64,000 nt of DNA from assembly GCA_016281385.1 (NCBI GenBank), contig JAEEIN010000062.1:1494-65493 (forward strand). Direction: 5' to 3'. This stretch comes from Lachnospiraceae bacterium. GTDB lineage: Bacteria; Bacillota; Clostridia; Lachnospirales; Lachnospiraceae. The translations under genes were made by a program, and so were the position numbers. Below are positions 38,503 to 47,990 of the stretch, one piece after another. Position 1 is the first letter of the stretch; every line of letters begins with the position of its first letter. The notes under the pieces were generated by a model. The model was not told where the DNA came from and ran no database searches. It was given only the letters and a program-made list of their open reading frames with translations.

Positions 38503-39937
38503 AAAAATGATCCGTCAGGGTATCAGGACCATGGTTCAGCGAAGCGGCGTTCCCATTGAGGAGATCCTTGAGTGCTCAAACGGAAACGATGCTTTAAAGA
38601 TCCTTGGCGAGCAGAAGATAGATGTGATGTTTACGGATATCAGGATGCAGAAGATGGACGGGATCGAGTTATGCCGCAGGGTAAATGAAATGGATCACAA
38701 ACCCCTGATCGTTGCCATAAGCGGATATGATGATTTCACTTATGCCGTAGAGATGCTCAGAAACGGTGTAAGGGAATATATGCTAAAGCCTGTGGAACGT
38801 GAGAAGATCGCCGAGATCTTAAAGAAGCTTGACAGCGAAATAGAAGAAAGAAGCACGGAACAGTCAAAAGAGATCGAACTTGGGATCAGGCAGATCCGTG
38901 CACTGGTTGAGAATAAAACAATTACAGATGCTGAAAGAAAGCTTATAATAAACAAGTATGAACCCTATTTTTATACGGGTGAGTACAGGATCTGCATTTT
39001 CAGTCCCGATGATGAATACGATGCGGGAGATGCTTTCATGATAGACGATACTTCGGCGGGAGCTTTGGCGGTCCTTAAAGATGAGAATGTGGATGCTTTT
39101 CTCAATAACGAAATGTCGGGGAAAGACTATGGCCTCGGAGGCAGACATAAAGGTCTGTCGGAACTCAACGAAGCTTTCTTTGAAGCATCGTTGATGAGGC
39201 AGCTTGCCTTCATTCGCGCAAAAGCCTGTGTATACGGCGAGGACGAGCCGGTCAAAGTCAACGAGGAATTAAGGAAAAGAGCACTGGAATATCTTTCTTC
39301 TTCCGAAAGAACAAAACGTGTGCAGGTTTTGGGAACCGACAAGACAGATGATGTGATACAGCGCTGGAAAGCCTTTTTTACGACTCTCGAGCGGGAAATG
39401 CTGAATGTGTGGGAATTTTCGGCGGAACTGTCCGAGGACATTGACCGGATACTCGAAGTATATGCCGAGAACATAACGGAGGCGGACAGAAAGACTGCGG
39501 AAAAGTGCAGAGAGATGCATCTTTTCGAGAACCTGAGCGATTATAGGGACTATTTTACGGACTGGCTGCTGGATCTGAACAAGCGTCTCGGTGACAGGCC
39601 CGACGATATCAATATCCGCCAGAAGATAATACAGGCAAGGCAGTACATTGACGAACACTACGACTCGGATCTTAATATGGCGGTGGTATCCAATCACGTT
39701 TCGATGAACTATTCGCTTTTTTCTTACTCCTTTAAGCAGTATACGGGGATGAACTTCGTGAACTACCTTAAGGAGATAAGGATAGCCAAAGCCAAGGAAC
39801 TGCTTGAGACCACGGATCTCAGAGTCAATGAGATCAGCAGGCAGGTGGGTTATGATAACGAAAAGAATTTCATGAAGATATTCAAAGCTTACTGCGGGGT
39901 TACACCCGGAGAGTACAGAAAGAACATGATGAAATAA
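38474..39937 (+). CDS. YesN-type response regulator (REC + AraC)
   Basis: LLIVEDE, FTDIRM and YMLKP; C-terminal GYDNEKNFMKIFKAYCGVTPGEYR. Confidence 0.92.
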   Translation: MKKLLIVEDEKMIRQGIRTMVQRSGVPIEEILECSNGNDALKILGEQKIDVMFTDIRMQKMDGIELCRRVNEMDHKPLIVAISGYDDFTYAVEMLRNGVREYMLKPVEREKIAEILKKLDSEIEERSTEQSKEIELGIRQIRALVENKTITDAERKLIINKYEPYFYTGEYRICIFSPDDEYDAGDAFMIDDTSAGALAVLKDENVDAFLNNEMSGKDYGLGGRHKGLSELNEAFFEASLMRQLAFIRAKACVYGEDEPVKVNEELRKRALEYLSSSERTKRVQVLGTDKTDDVIQRWKAFFTTLEREMLNVWEFSAELSEDIDRILEVYAENITEADRKTAEKCREMHLFENLSDYRDYFTDWLLDLNKRLGDRPDDINIRQKIIQARQYIDEHYDSDLNMAVVSNHVSMNYSLFSYSFKQYTGMNFVNYLKEIRIAKAKELLETTDLRVNEISRQVGYDNEKNFMKIFKAYCGVTPGEYRKNMMK

Positions 39938-39949
39938 AGGAGAGATCAT

Positions 39950-42361
39950 ATGAAGAAATGGGCAAGAGCATTGTACCAGCCGTCACTTCCCTTATACGGT
40001 GACAGGCATGTTACGGGAAGCGCGGAGCATATAGCGCTTTCAAGAGAGGCTGCATCGGAGGGTATCGTTTTACTTAAGAACGAGGAAAAAACCCTGCCCC
40101 TTGAGAAGAAAACAAAGACCGCGCTGTTCGGAAAGGCAGTGTTTGACTATGTAAAGGGCGGAGGCGGAAGCGGCGACGTGTATGCAAAGTATGTGCGCAA
40201 TTTCTATGAAGGCTTCAAGGAGATCGGAGCCGAAGTATTCGAGCCTGCATGCGACTTTTACAGGGATTATGTTGAAAAAATGTATAAAGAAGGTGCTGCG
40301 CCGGGAATGATGGCAGAGCCCGCACTTGATAAGGATCTGATAGAAGACGCAAGGAAGTTTTCCGATACGGCGATCCTTTTCATCAGCAGATTTTCGGGTG
40401 AAGGCTGGGACCGTTCCGATGTGGAATTTACCGGAGAACCCAATCCCTGGGAATCGGAAGTCACGATGCCCAGACTTGCGGGAAAGATCTTCCCCAAGGG
40501 AGATTTCTATCTTACGGAAAGCGAGGAGAAGCTTCTTTCCGATTTAGCAGAAGCCTTTGACCGCATTATTGTTGTTCTTAACGTGGGCGGAATGATCGAT
40601 ACGAAATGGATCTGCGCAAACCACAAGGTCAAGGCAGCTCTTTTACCCTGGCAGGGCGGCATGGAAGGAGCGGTAGCGGCCGCTTTGGCGATCTTCGGAG
40701 ATGTTAATCCAAGCGGAAAGCTTCCCGACACATTTGCGGGCGAACTGGAAGATTATCCTTCAACCGAGGGCTTCCACGATTCCTTCGAATATGTGGATTA
40801 CAAAGAAGATGTTTATGTGGGATACCGTTACTTCGAAACCTTTGAGGCTGCGAAGCAGAAGGTTGTTTTTCCTTTCGGATACGGACTTTCCTATACCGAT
40901 TTTGAAATGAGATGTGTTTCCTCCGAACTGATAACCGGGGCAACACGTTTTACCGTTAAAGTGACCAATACCGGCAAAGTGCCCGGTAAAGAGGTTGCTG
41001 CCATTTATGCTTCCGCTCCTCAGGGTAAGCTTAAAAAGCCCGCAAGAGAGCTGGTTGCCTTTGAAAAAACAAAGCTTCTCGCTCCCGGTGAGTCCGAAGA
41101 ACTGAATCTTACGGTCTTTGACTATCAGCTTTCTTCTTACGACGATCTGGGCAAGATCGCGGAGGCTTCCTATGTCATGGAAGCGGGAGATTACCACTTC
41201 TTCCTCGGCGGTGATGTACGAAGTGCGGTTAAGCTCGATCTTGTGCGCAGTGTTGCGGAGGATAGGGTATTAAAGACGCTTTCCCACCGGCTTGCGCCCG
41301 TATCCTTGAAGGAAAGGCTCACATCCGACGGAACATACGAAGGGCTTCCTCAGGGAGCCGCCCGGAATATAAACGAATGCATATTTGAAAAGATGACGCC
41401 CGGTTCCGAGGAGGGAATGGTTCCTGCAGCGAAAGGCAGAGAGTCATATATGCTGATGCACCCTTATGCGGAAGGAGTCAAGCCCCTTGAAGCGGTGGCT
41501 AAGGGTGAGATAACCGTTGACGAATTCATCAATCAGTTAAGTGACGACGATCTTGTGGATATCCTCGGAGGACAGCCCAATGTGGGTGTTTCAAATACCT
41601 GGGGCATAGGAAACAATCCCGCTTTCGGCATCCCCAACGTAACTACGGCGGACGGTCCTGCGGGCATAAGATTAAGCCCGGACTGCGGCATTCCCACAAC
41701 TGCATGGCCCTGCTCCACACTTCTTGCATCCACATGGAACAAGAACCTGCTGTACGCAGTAGGTAAGGCCGGTGGCGAGGAACTTAAGGAAAATAACTTA
41801 CAGATCTGGCTTGCTCCCGCGGTAAATATCCACAGAAGCCCTCTTTGCGGAAGAAACTTCGAGTACTATTCAGAGGATCCTTTCCTTACGGGCAAGATGG
41901 CTTCCGAGTTTGTAAAGGGAGTTCAGTCAAACGGCGTTTCTGCCTGTGTAAAGCATTTTGCGGCGAACAACAAAGAGACCAACCGAAAGAACTGCGATTC
42001 AAGAGTTTCGGAGCGTGCTCTTCGCGAGATATATCTTAAGGCCTTTGAGATAATAGTTGCCGAAGCGGATCCCTGGATGATCATGACCTCATACAATCCC
42101 ATCAACGGGCAGAGGGCCTCGGAATCATACGACCTTCTTACGGGAATCCTCAGAGGTGAGTGGGATTTCAAGGGCGCGGTAACCACCGACTGGTGGAACA
42201 GAGGCGAACAGTACAAGGAGATCCTTGCCGGAAACGATGTTAAGATGGCCAACGGTTATCCCGAACGTGTAAAGAAAGCCATGGCAATGGGAGCCCTCGG
42301 CCGCGACGATCTTAAGAAGTGCGCAAAACGCATTGTTGAGATGATACTTAAACTCGATTAA
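39950..42361 (+). CDS. GH3 beta-glucosidase with inverted domain order
   Basis: The usual C-terminal domain comes first (EGIVLLKN, NPSGKLPDT, VGYRYF, FPFGYGLSYT). The TIM-barrel half comes last (DGPAG, GRNFEYYSEDP, KHF, LREIYL, VTTDW). Confidence 0.9.
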   Translation: MKKWARALYQPSLPLYGDRHVTGSAEHIALSREAASEGIVLLKNEEKTLPLEKKTKTALFGKAVFDYVKGGGGSGDVYAKYVRNFYEGFKEIGAEVFEPACDFYRDYVEKMYKEGAAPGMMAEPALDKDLIEDARKFSDTAILFISRFSGEGWDRSDVEFTGEPNPWESEVTMPRLAGKIFPKGDFYLTESEEKLLSDLAEAFDRIIVVLNVGGMIDTKWICANHKVKAALLPWQGGMEGAVAAALAIFGDVNPSGKLPDTFAGELEDYPSTEGFHDSFEYVDYKEDVYVGYRYFETFEAAKQKVVFPFGYGLSYTDFEMRCVSSELITGATRFTVKVTNTGKVPGKEVAAIYASAPQGKLKKPARELVAFEKTKLLAPGESEELNLTVFDYQLSSYDDLGKIAEASYVMEAGDYHFFLGGDVRSAVKLDLVRSVAEDRVLKTLSHRLAPVSLKERLTSDGTYEGLPQGAARNINECIFEKMTPGSEEGMVPAAKGRESYMLMHPYAEGVKPLEAVAKGEITVDEFINQLSDDDLVDILGGQPNVGVSNTWGIGNNPAFGIPNVTTADGPAGIRLSPDCGIPTTAWPCSTLLASTWNKNLLYAVGKAGGEELKENNLQIWLAPAVNIHRSPLCGRNFEYYSEDPFLTGKMASEFVKGVQSNGVSACVKHFAANNKETNRKNCDSRVSERALREIYLKAFEIIVAEADPWMIMTSYNPINGQRASESYDLLTGILRGEWDFKGAVTTDWWNRGEQYKEILAGNDVKMANGYPERVKKAMAMGALGRDDLKKCAKRIVEMILKLD

Positions 42362-42398
42362 AAAAATCGTGCATTTTTCAATGAAATAGCGGATAATG

Positions 42399-42426
42399 TA
42401 GAAGGAAACCGGAAGGTTTCCTTCTA
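42399..42426 (+). terminator. 12-bp hairpin with GGAA loop after GH3
   Basis: TAGAAGGAAACC-GGAA-GGTTTCCTTCTA; weak T-tract. Confidence 0.55.
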
Positions 42427-42488
42427 TTGAGTTTAGCGCCGGCGATATCGATAGACGGGTGGCAGCAGAGAAGTGAAAGGAGTTAAGA

Positions 42489-43100
42489 TTGGACTACAAT
42501 TTTCCGCACGTAGACGGAATAGACTGGGAAAAAGCATATCACTATATGCCCACGAAGGAAGTGCTTCTTGAGATCCTCAAGGAATTTGTGGCTTCCTGCG
42601 ATGAACAGATAGCGGAATTAAAGAAATTCGAGAAGGCGGTGGAGGAGGATCCAAGCCGGGAGAGCTATTCTTCTTACAGGATCCAGGCTCATGCCATGAA
42701 GGCGGGACTTCGATCCATCGGCTCAAACCTTTTTGATATGGCGCTGATGCTTGAAGAGGCCGGAAGGCATTGCAACGGTGTGATCATCAGCGAAAAAACA
42801 GAGATCTTTATACAAAGATACAGAGAACTCGCAGACCGGCTTGTTTTTTTGACGGGAACGGGAGAAGAAACGGAATTTGACACATCCCGCTTTTTTGAAC
42901 TGGTGGATAATGTCAGAAAAGGCATGGATTCCTTTGACATATCCCTTCTTCAGAATTCCATGCGTGATATAAAATGCATGACGCTTCCCGACAAATATGC
43001 GGACGAGGTCGGGAAACTCGAAAATGCGGTAAGAGACCTTTCTATGGAGGACGTATTTGCGTCCTGCGACAGGATCAGGGTATTGGGAGATAATAAATGA
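42489..43100 (+). CDS. Stand-alone Hpt domain protein
   Basis: TTG start with RBS AAGGAG; YRIQAHAMKAGLRSIG Hpt motif. Confidence 0.8.
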   Translation: MDYNFPHVDGIDWEKAYHYMPTKEVLLEILKEFVASCDEQIAELKKFEKAVEEDPSRESYSSYRIQAHAMKAGLRSIGSNLFDMALMLEEAGRHCNGVIISEKTEIFIQRYRELADRLVFLTGTGEETEFDTSRFFELVDNVRKGMDSFDISLLQNSMRDIKCMTLPDKYADEVGKLENAVRDLSMEDVFASCDRIRVLGDNK

Positions 43101-44551
43101 GATTTGTTCCGGTAGAAGAATTAAAGCCCGGCATGAAGCTGGGGCGAAGGATCATAAACAGGGTAAGCACATCGATGCTGGAAAAGGGCGTCGAGCTTTC
43201 GGAAGTAAACATAGAGCGCCTGAAATCCAACGGTTATCTGGGTGCTTACATTGCCGACGCCTTTTCCGAAGACATTGAGATACAGGAAACAGTTCAGGAA
43301 AAGAACGTCATGGACGGTATCGATGCCGTTGCCAACGCGGACGTGGGAAGCATCATTGACGTAGCTTCCGAACTGGTAAACGATATTTCCGCTCTTGACA
43401 GGATAAGCGTCGACCTTCTGGATCTTCGAAGCTTCGATGACTATACCTATCACCACAGTGTTAACGTTGCGGTCTACGCCGCTGCGGTCGCAACAAGAAT
43501 GGGACTTCCCGAGGAGCAGATACAGGAGATCACGGTAGCAGCCCTGTGTCATGACCTTGGAAAGGCAAGGATCCCAACAGAGATCATAAACAAAAAGGAC
43601 CGGCTGACGGATGAAGAGTTTGCGGAGATAAAGAACCATCCGAGATACGGATTTGACATGCTCTATGATAACCCCCGGATCTCTTCCGTTGTTCGCCAGG
43701 CCGTTATCTGTCATCACGAAAACGAAAACGGTTCCGGATATCCTCTCGGCAAGACCGGTGATGAGATCCCGTTATATGCAAAGATCATCCATGCGGTGGA
43801 TGTTTATGACGCTCTCACCAGCAGGCGGCCTTATAAGGAGCCTTATGCGCCCGTTGATGCCCTTGAATATCTCACCGGCGGTATAGATATATTGTTTGAC
43901 AGAAAAGTGGTTGATATCATGCTCAAGGTAATCCCCGCATATCCTCCCGGAATGGATATCGGTCTTTCAAACGGCGAGAAGGCGGTTGTTATTGCACATA
44001 CTTCAGACGGCAGACGCCCGAAGATCAAGATCTACGATACGGCGAAGGAAGTGGATCTGAGTTCGGATCCCGATTACAGGCAGGTATTTATTACCGCTTC
44101 CGGTATCCTTATGCAGGAAAATTCCGAAGGTGTGGAGACCCTCAACGAAGACCGCATGAAGCCAAAACAGAAGGAGATAAATATCGTTGTTGTTGATGAC
44201 AGTGCCATCGCTCTTAAGCAGGCTCAGTCTATTCTCGGCGACGAATACAAGGTCACCCTTCTTGAAAGCGGAATGGCATGTCTTAACTATATAAAGGTCA
44301 AGGGCGAGCCGGATCTTCTCATCATGGATATCGACATGCCCGTCATGAACGGCGTTGTTACGGTCGAGAAGTTAAGAGAGAGCGGCTACAGACATCTGAA
44401 TGTTATCTTCCTTACCGCCATAGCCAACAGGGAAGTGGTTTTAAGATGCAACAAAGCCGGGGCCAGCGACTACATATTAAAGCCCGTTAACCCCATCTAT
44501 TTAAAGGAGCGTGTAAAGATCGCTCTTGATAACAATCTGGACCGGGTATAA
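43097..44551 (+). CDS. HD-GYP phosphodiesterase with a C-terminal REC domain
   Basis: YTYHHSVNV, HDLGK, HHENENGSGYP and DVYDALTSRRPY; then IVVVDDS, LLIMDIDMP and YILKP. Confidence 0.9.
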   Translation: MRFVPVEELKPGMKLGRRIINRVSTSMLEKGVELSEVNIERLKSNGYLGAYIADAFSEDIEIQETVQEKNVMDGIDAVANADVGSIIDVASELVNDISALDRISVDLLDLRSFDDYTYHHSVNVAVYAAAVATRMGLPEEQIQEITVAALCHDLGKARIPTEIINKKDRLTDEEFAEIKNHPRYGFDMLYDNPRISSVVRQAVICHHENENGSGYPLGKTGDEIPLYAKIIHAVDVYDALTSRRPYKEPYAPVDALEYLTGGIDILFDRKVVDIMLKVIPAYPPGMDIGLSNGEKAVVIAHTSDGRRPKIKIYDTAKEVDLSSDPDYRQVFITASGILMQENSEGVETLNEDRMKPKQKEINIVVVDDSAIALKQAQSILGDEYKVTLLESGMACLNYIKVKGEPDLLIMDIDMPVMNGVVTVEKLRESGYRHLNVIFLTAIANREVVLRCNKAGASDYILKPVNPIYLKERVKIALDNNLDRV

Positions 44552-44554
44552 CAT

Positions 44555-46756
44555 ATGTGGATCTATCTAAGTGCAGCGCTGCTTATCATGGGCGCTTTCT
44601 CAATCGTATACGGGATAAGGTTTTTCAGGAAAGAGAGAAACGCCGGAGGCATCAGACTTACCATGCTCTGGCTTGGATTGTCATCGGGTATCTGGCAGAT
44701 CGGTTACGGTCTTCTGGGGCTTGAGGATAATTTCATTGTCTGCGGGTATATAAGGCGTGTCGCCCTTATCGGCGTTATTGCGTATCCCATAATCGAAACA
44801 AACCTTGCTTTAAGCAGGGCAAATATAAAAAAGGTCACACAGCGTGTTATTCTTATAGGCCTTACTTTGTTTGCCGTGGTTAACTGGATCCTTTTTTCGG
44901 ATCCGACGGTGGATCGTTTTTCAAGGGTTGGAAACTGGACCGCTTTCAGTGCGTTGCAATGCCCCCAGAGAACCTTTCACAACTGTTTTGTCATCACGGT
45001 TTTTTCCTGCGCGCTCATAGCCTGGATACGGTGGTTCAGACAGGTTAAATACAAACGTGAAAAGACTCTTATGTATGGTATTCTTTTTGCAAATCTGGCC
45101 ATAATGCTGGCTGCATTCCCGGATACTTTCCTTGTAAGCATATTAAGCTACAGTCTTCCCACTTCCGGTTTCGGAGCGGGACTTTCCTATGTCTTATGGT
45201 ATGTTGCCTGTGAGAAGTACAACACCTTTTCGATTTCCTCAAGGACTCTCGGTAAATATGCCCAGAAGGTTTTAAACGAAGGTATCGTCATATTTGACGA
45301 AGATAGGAAAGTGGTTGAATTAAACGACTACGCGGAAAAGGAACTGGGATTTGCAAAGGGCGACAGATTCGGAACACACCTTGTTCTGGATAAGACTCAG
45401 GAGCAGATCTATAACATATTAAAGCGTGACCATGTATACAGATTTAAAGGAAAGATCGACGGTCGTAGCGAGACCTATATGGCCAACCTGCGTGTGGCCC
45501 TGGACAACTACAACGAACCGTATGGTCTGATGATGAGCCTTACGGATATTACCAAGGAAGAAGAACTGGTATATGAAGCCGAAAGCTCGAACCGGGCAAA
45601 GAGCAATTTCCTTGCCAATATGTCACATGAGATCCGTACTCCCATGAATGCCATCTGCGGAATGGCGGAATTCATCCTGCGTGACAGTGAAGACGAAGAA
45701 GCGAAGAAGAATGCGAAGATGATACTCAAGGCTTCCAATTCCCTTCTCTATATAATCAACGATATCCTGGACTTTTCGAAGATCGAATCCGGAAAGATGG
45801 AGATCATCGACGATCGTTACATGATGGGATCACTGGTCAATGACGTATTGATGATCATCATGATCAGGCTTGAAGGCAGGCATGTGAGCCTGAATCTGGA
45901 CATAGATCCCGAAATACCGGGAGAACTCATAGGTGACAATGTCAGGATCAAGCAGGTCCTTATCAATCTGCTGAGCAACGCCGTCAAGTTCACAAAGGAC
46001 GGTTCAATAACCCTGAAGATGAATTATGAGAAGCTTTCGGCAGATAAATGCCGTGTTCTTTTTTCGGTCATCGACACGGGTATCGGTATCAGGGAAGCTG
46101 ATCTTGAAAGGATCTTTGACAGCTTTACCCAGGTGGATACAAAAAGAAACCGTTCGGTGGAAGGAACGGGACTGGGACTTACGATATCAAAGCGTCTTGC
46201 ACAGGCCATGGGGGGAGACCTTTATGCAAAGAGTGAATTCGGTAAAGGCTCGGAGTTTTCCTTTGACGTCGTAAACCGGGTGGAGAACTGGGCCGGAATG
46301 GGCCCGATAGAAGACAATTATTCCGCTTTAAGGACCGAGTCCTTCAGAGCGGGATTCAGGGCACCCGATGCCAAGATCCTTCTGGTGGATGATAACGATC
46401 TTAACCTTAAAGTGGCGGAAGGTCTTTTAAATGCTTACGGAATATCGCCAATCTCTGTTTCAAGCGGTATCGCTTCCGTAAGGTGTTTTGAAAGACTGAA
46501 GCCCTTTGACATCATCTTTATGGATCATATGATGCCTGAGATGGATGGTGTAGAGGCTGCGGGAAGGATAAGGAGTATGGAAGGCGGAAGGGATGCGGTC
46601 ATCATTGCACTTACCGCAAACGCAACGGGAAATGCGGAGCGGAAGTTTAAGGATGCAGGTTTTGACGGTTTTCTCCCCAAACCCGTGGATCCCGTAAAGC
46701 TGGAAGATACCCTGAGATGTTTCCTTAGGCCGGAACTTATTGAAACAATGACGTGA
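44555..46756 (+). CDS. Hybrid sensor histidine kinase (7TM-like sensor, HisKA, HATPase, REC)
   Basis: FLANMSHEIRTPMN, NLLSNAVKFT, GTGLGL and IIFMDHMMP. Confidence 0.92.
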   Translation: MWIYLSAALLIMGAFSIVYGIRFFRKERNAGGIRLTMLWLGLSSGIWQIGYGLLGLEDNFIVCGYIRRVALIGVIAYPIIETNLALSRANIKKVTQRVILIGLTLFAVVNWILFSDPTVDRFSRVGNWTAFSALQCPQRTFHNCFVITVFSCALIAWIRWFRQVKYKREKTLMYGILFANLAIMLAAFPDTFLVSILSYSLPTSGFGAGLSYVLWYVACEKYNTFSISSRTLGKYAQKVLNEGIVIFDEDRKVVELNDYAEKELGFAKGDRFGTHLVLDKTQEQIYNILKRDHVYRFKGKIDGRSETYMANLRVALDNYNEPYGLMMSLTDITKEEELVYEAESSNRAKSNFLANMSHEIRTPMNAICGMAEFILRDSEDEEAKKNAKMILKASNSLLYIINDILDFSKIESGKMEIIDDRYMMGSLVNDVLMIIMIRLEGRHVSLNLDIDPEIPGELIGDNVRIKQVLINLLSNAVKFTKDGSITLKMNYEKLSADKCRVLFSVIDTGIGIREADLERIFDSFTQVDTKRNRSVEGTGLGLTISKRLAQAMGGDLYAKSEFGKGSEFSFDVVNRVENWAGMGPIEDNYSALRTESFRAGFRAPDAKILLVDDNDLNLKVAEGLLNAYGISPISVSSGIASVRCFERLKPFDIIFMDHMMPEMDGVEAAGRIRSMEGGRDAVIIALTANATGNAERKFKDAGFDGFLPKPVDPVKLEDTLRCFLRPELIETMT

Positions 46757-46836
46757 CAAGGATATTTCCTGTTTTCTTTTTGAAACATTTATTGTAGATT
46801 TATAGATGTATAAATAAAACATACGGAGGTATTTTT

Positions 46837-47820
46837 ATGGGAGAGTTAAGAAGACCGGACAATATGGTCCGCATCACAACCCCGGAGCTTGCGGATGCGT
46901 TCATCGCAGAGCAGGTTAAAGAGATAAAGGAGCAGGTGGGGGACAAAAAGGTACTGCTTGCGTTATCGGGCGGTGTTGATTCTTCCGTGGTTGCGGCGCT
47001 TTTGATCAAAGCCATCGGTCAGCAGCTTGTCTGCGTACATGTTAATCACGGACTTCTTCGAAAGGGCGAGCCCGAGCAGGTTATCGAGGTTTTCCGTAAT
47101 CAGATGAAAGCAAACCTCATCTACGTTGACGCAACGGATCGTTTCCTTGACAAGCTTGCGGGAGTTTCCGATCCCGAAACAAAGAGAAAGATCATAGGCG
47201 GAGAATTCATCGAAGTATTCGCCGAAGAAGCAAAGAAACTTGACGGAATTGAGTTTCTTGCACAGGGAACCATCTGGCCCGACATTCTGGAAAGTGAAGC
47301 GGGCATCAAGGCTCATCACAATGCCGGAGGTCTTCCCGAGGATATGAAGTTTGAACTTGTTGAGCCCGTCAGGATCCTGTTTAAGGACGAGGTACGTGTA
47401 GTGGGAGACCGTCTCGGACTTCCCGCAAACATGGTTTACCGTCAGCCCTTCCCCGGTCCCGGACTGGGAGTAAGATGTCCCGGTGCCATTACCAGAGACC
47501 GTCTTGAAGCGGTTCGCGAATCCGATGCCATCCTTCGCGAGGAGTTTGAAAAGAACGGCCTTGCAGGCAAGGTATGGCAGTATTTCACCGTTGTGCCCGA
47601 TTTCAAGTCAACGGGTGTAAAGGATGGAAAGCGCACCTTTGACTGGCCCTGCATCATCCGTGCCATCAATACAACTGACGTTATGGAAGTTACCGTTGAG
47701 CATTTATCCGACGAACTCATAGATCATCTTGTAAAAAGGATCATCTCCGAGGTTCCCGGTATCAACCGTGTTCTTTTTGATTACACACCCAAGCCTCCGG
47801 CTACGGTTGAATACGAATAG
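46837..47820 (+). CDS. guaA: GMP synthase ATP-pyrophosphatase and C-terminal domains only (no glutaminase domain)
   Basis: ALSGGVDSSV PP-loop, IKAHHN, FKDEVR, RQPFPGPGLGVR and KPPATVEYE; 327 aa with its own RBS. Confidence 0.88.
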   Translation: MGELRRPDNMVRITTPELADAFIAEQVKEIKEQVGDKKVLLALSGGVDSSVVAALLIKAIGQQLVCVHVNHGLLRKGEPEQVIEVFRNQMKANLIYVDATDRFLDKLAGVSDPETKRKIIGGEFIEVFAEEAKKLDGIEFLAQGTIWPDILESEAGIKAHHNAGGLPEDMKFELVEPVRILFKDEVRVVGDRLGLPANMVYRQPFPGPGLGVRCPGAITRDRLEAVRESDAILREEFEKNGLAGKVWQYFTVVPDFKSTGVKDGKRTFDWPCIIRAINTTDVMEVTVEHLSDELIDHLVKRIISEVPGINRVLFDYTPKPPATVEYE

Positions 47821-47830
47821 GCCGAAAATA

Positions 47831-47990
47831 TTGACCGAAAGCCTGTTTTGCGATAAAATCATCATGTTCCGCCAAGCGGTACTTAAGGTCCCAGAAGGGA
47901 TCGTTTTACAGTAACATTTTTCATTAGCTATGAGTATATCACGAAGGTATACGCTGCTCTGAAGGGCAGCCTGCCTTCGTGATTTTTTTT
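47831..47990 (+). promoter_or_regulatory. Promoter plus structured leader ending in an intrinsic terminator before the nickel transporter/lar operon
   Basis: TTGACC (47831), 17 nt, TAAAAT (47854). Hairpins CCGC/GCGG and GGTCCC/GGGATC. Terminator ATCACGAAGGTA...TGCCTTCGTGAT + T-tract (47938-47990), ending 30 nt before ATG 48020. Confidence 0.6.

Noticed and set aside
42362-42488. Possible c-di-GMP riboswitch upstream of the Hpt/HD-GYP operon
   Set aside because: There is only a single hairpin with a GNRA loop. I could not find the GEMM two-hairpin consensus, so it is treated as a terminator-like element.
46757-46836. Purine riboswitch before guaA
   Set aside because: The gap is only about 80 nt, AT-rich, and lacks the purine aptamer core.
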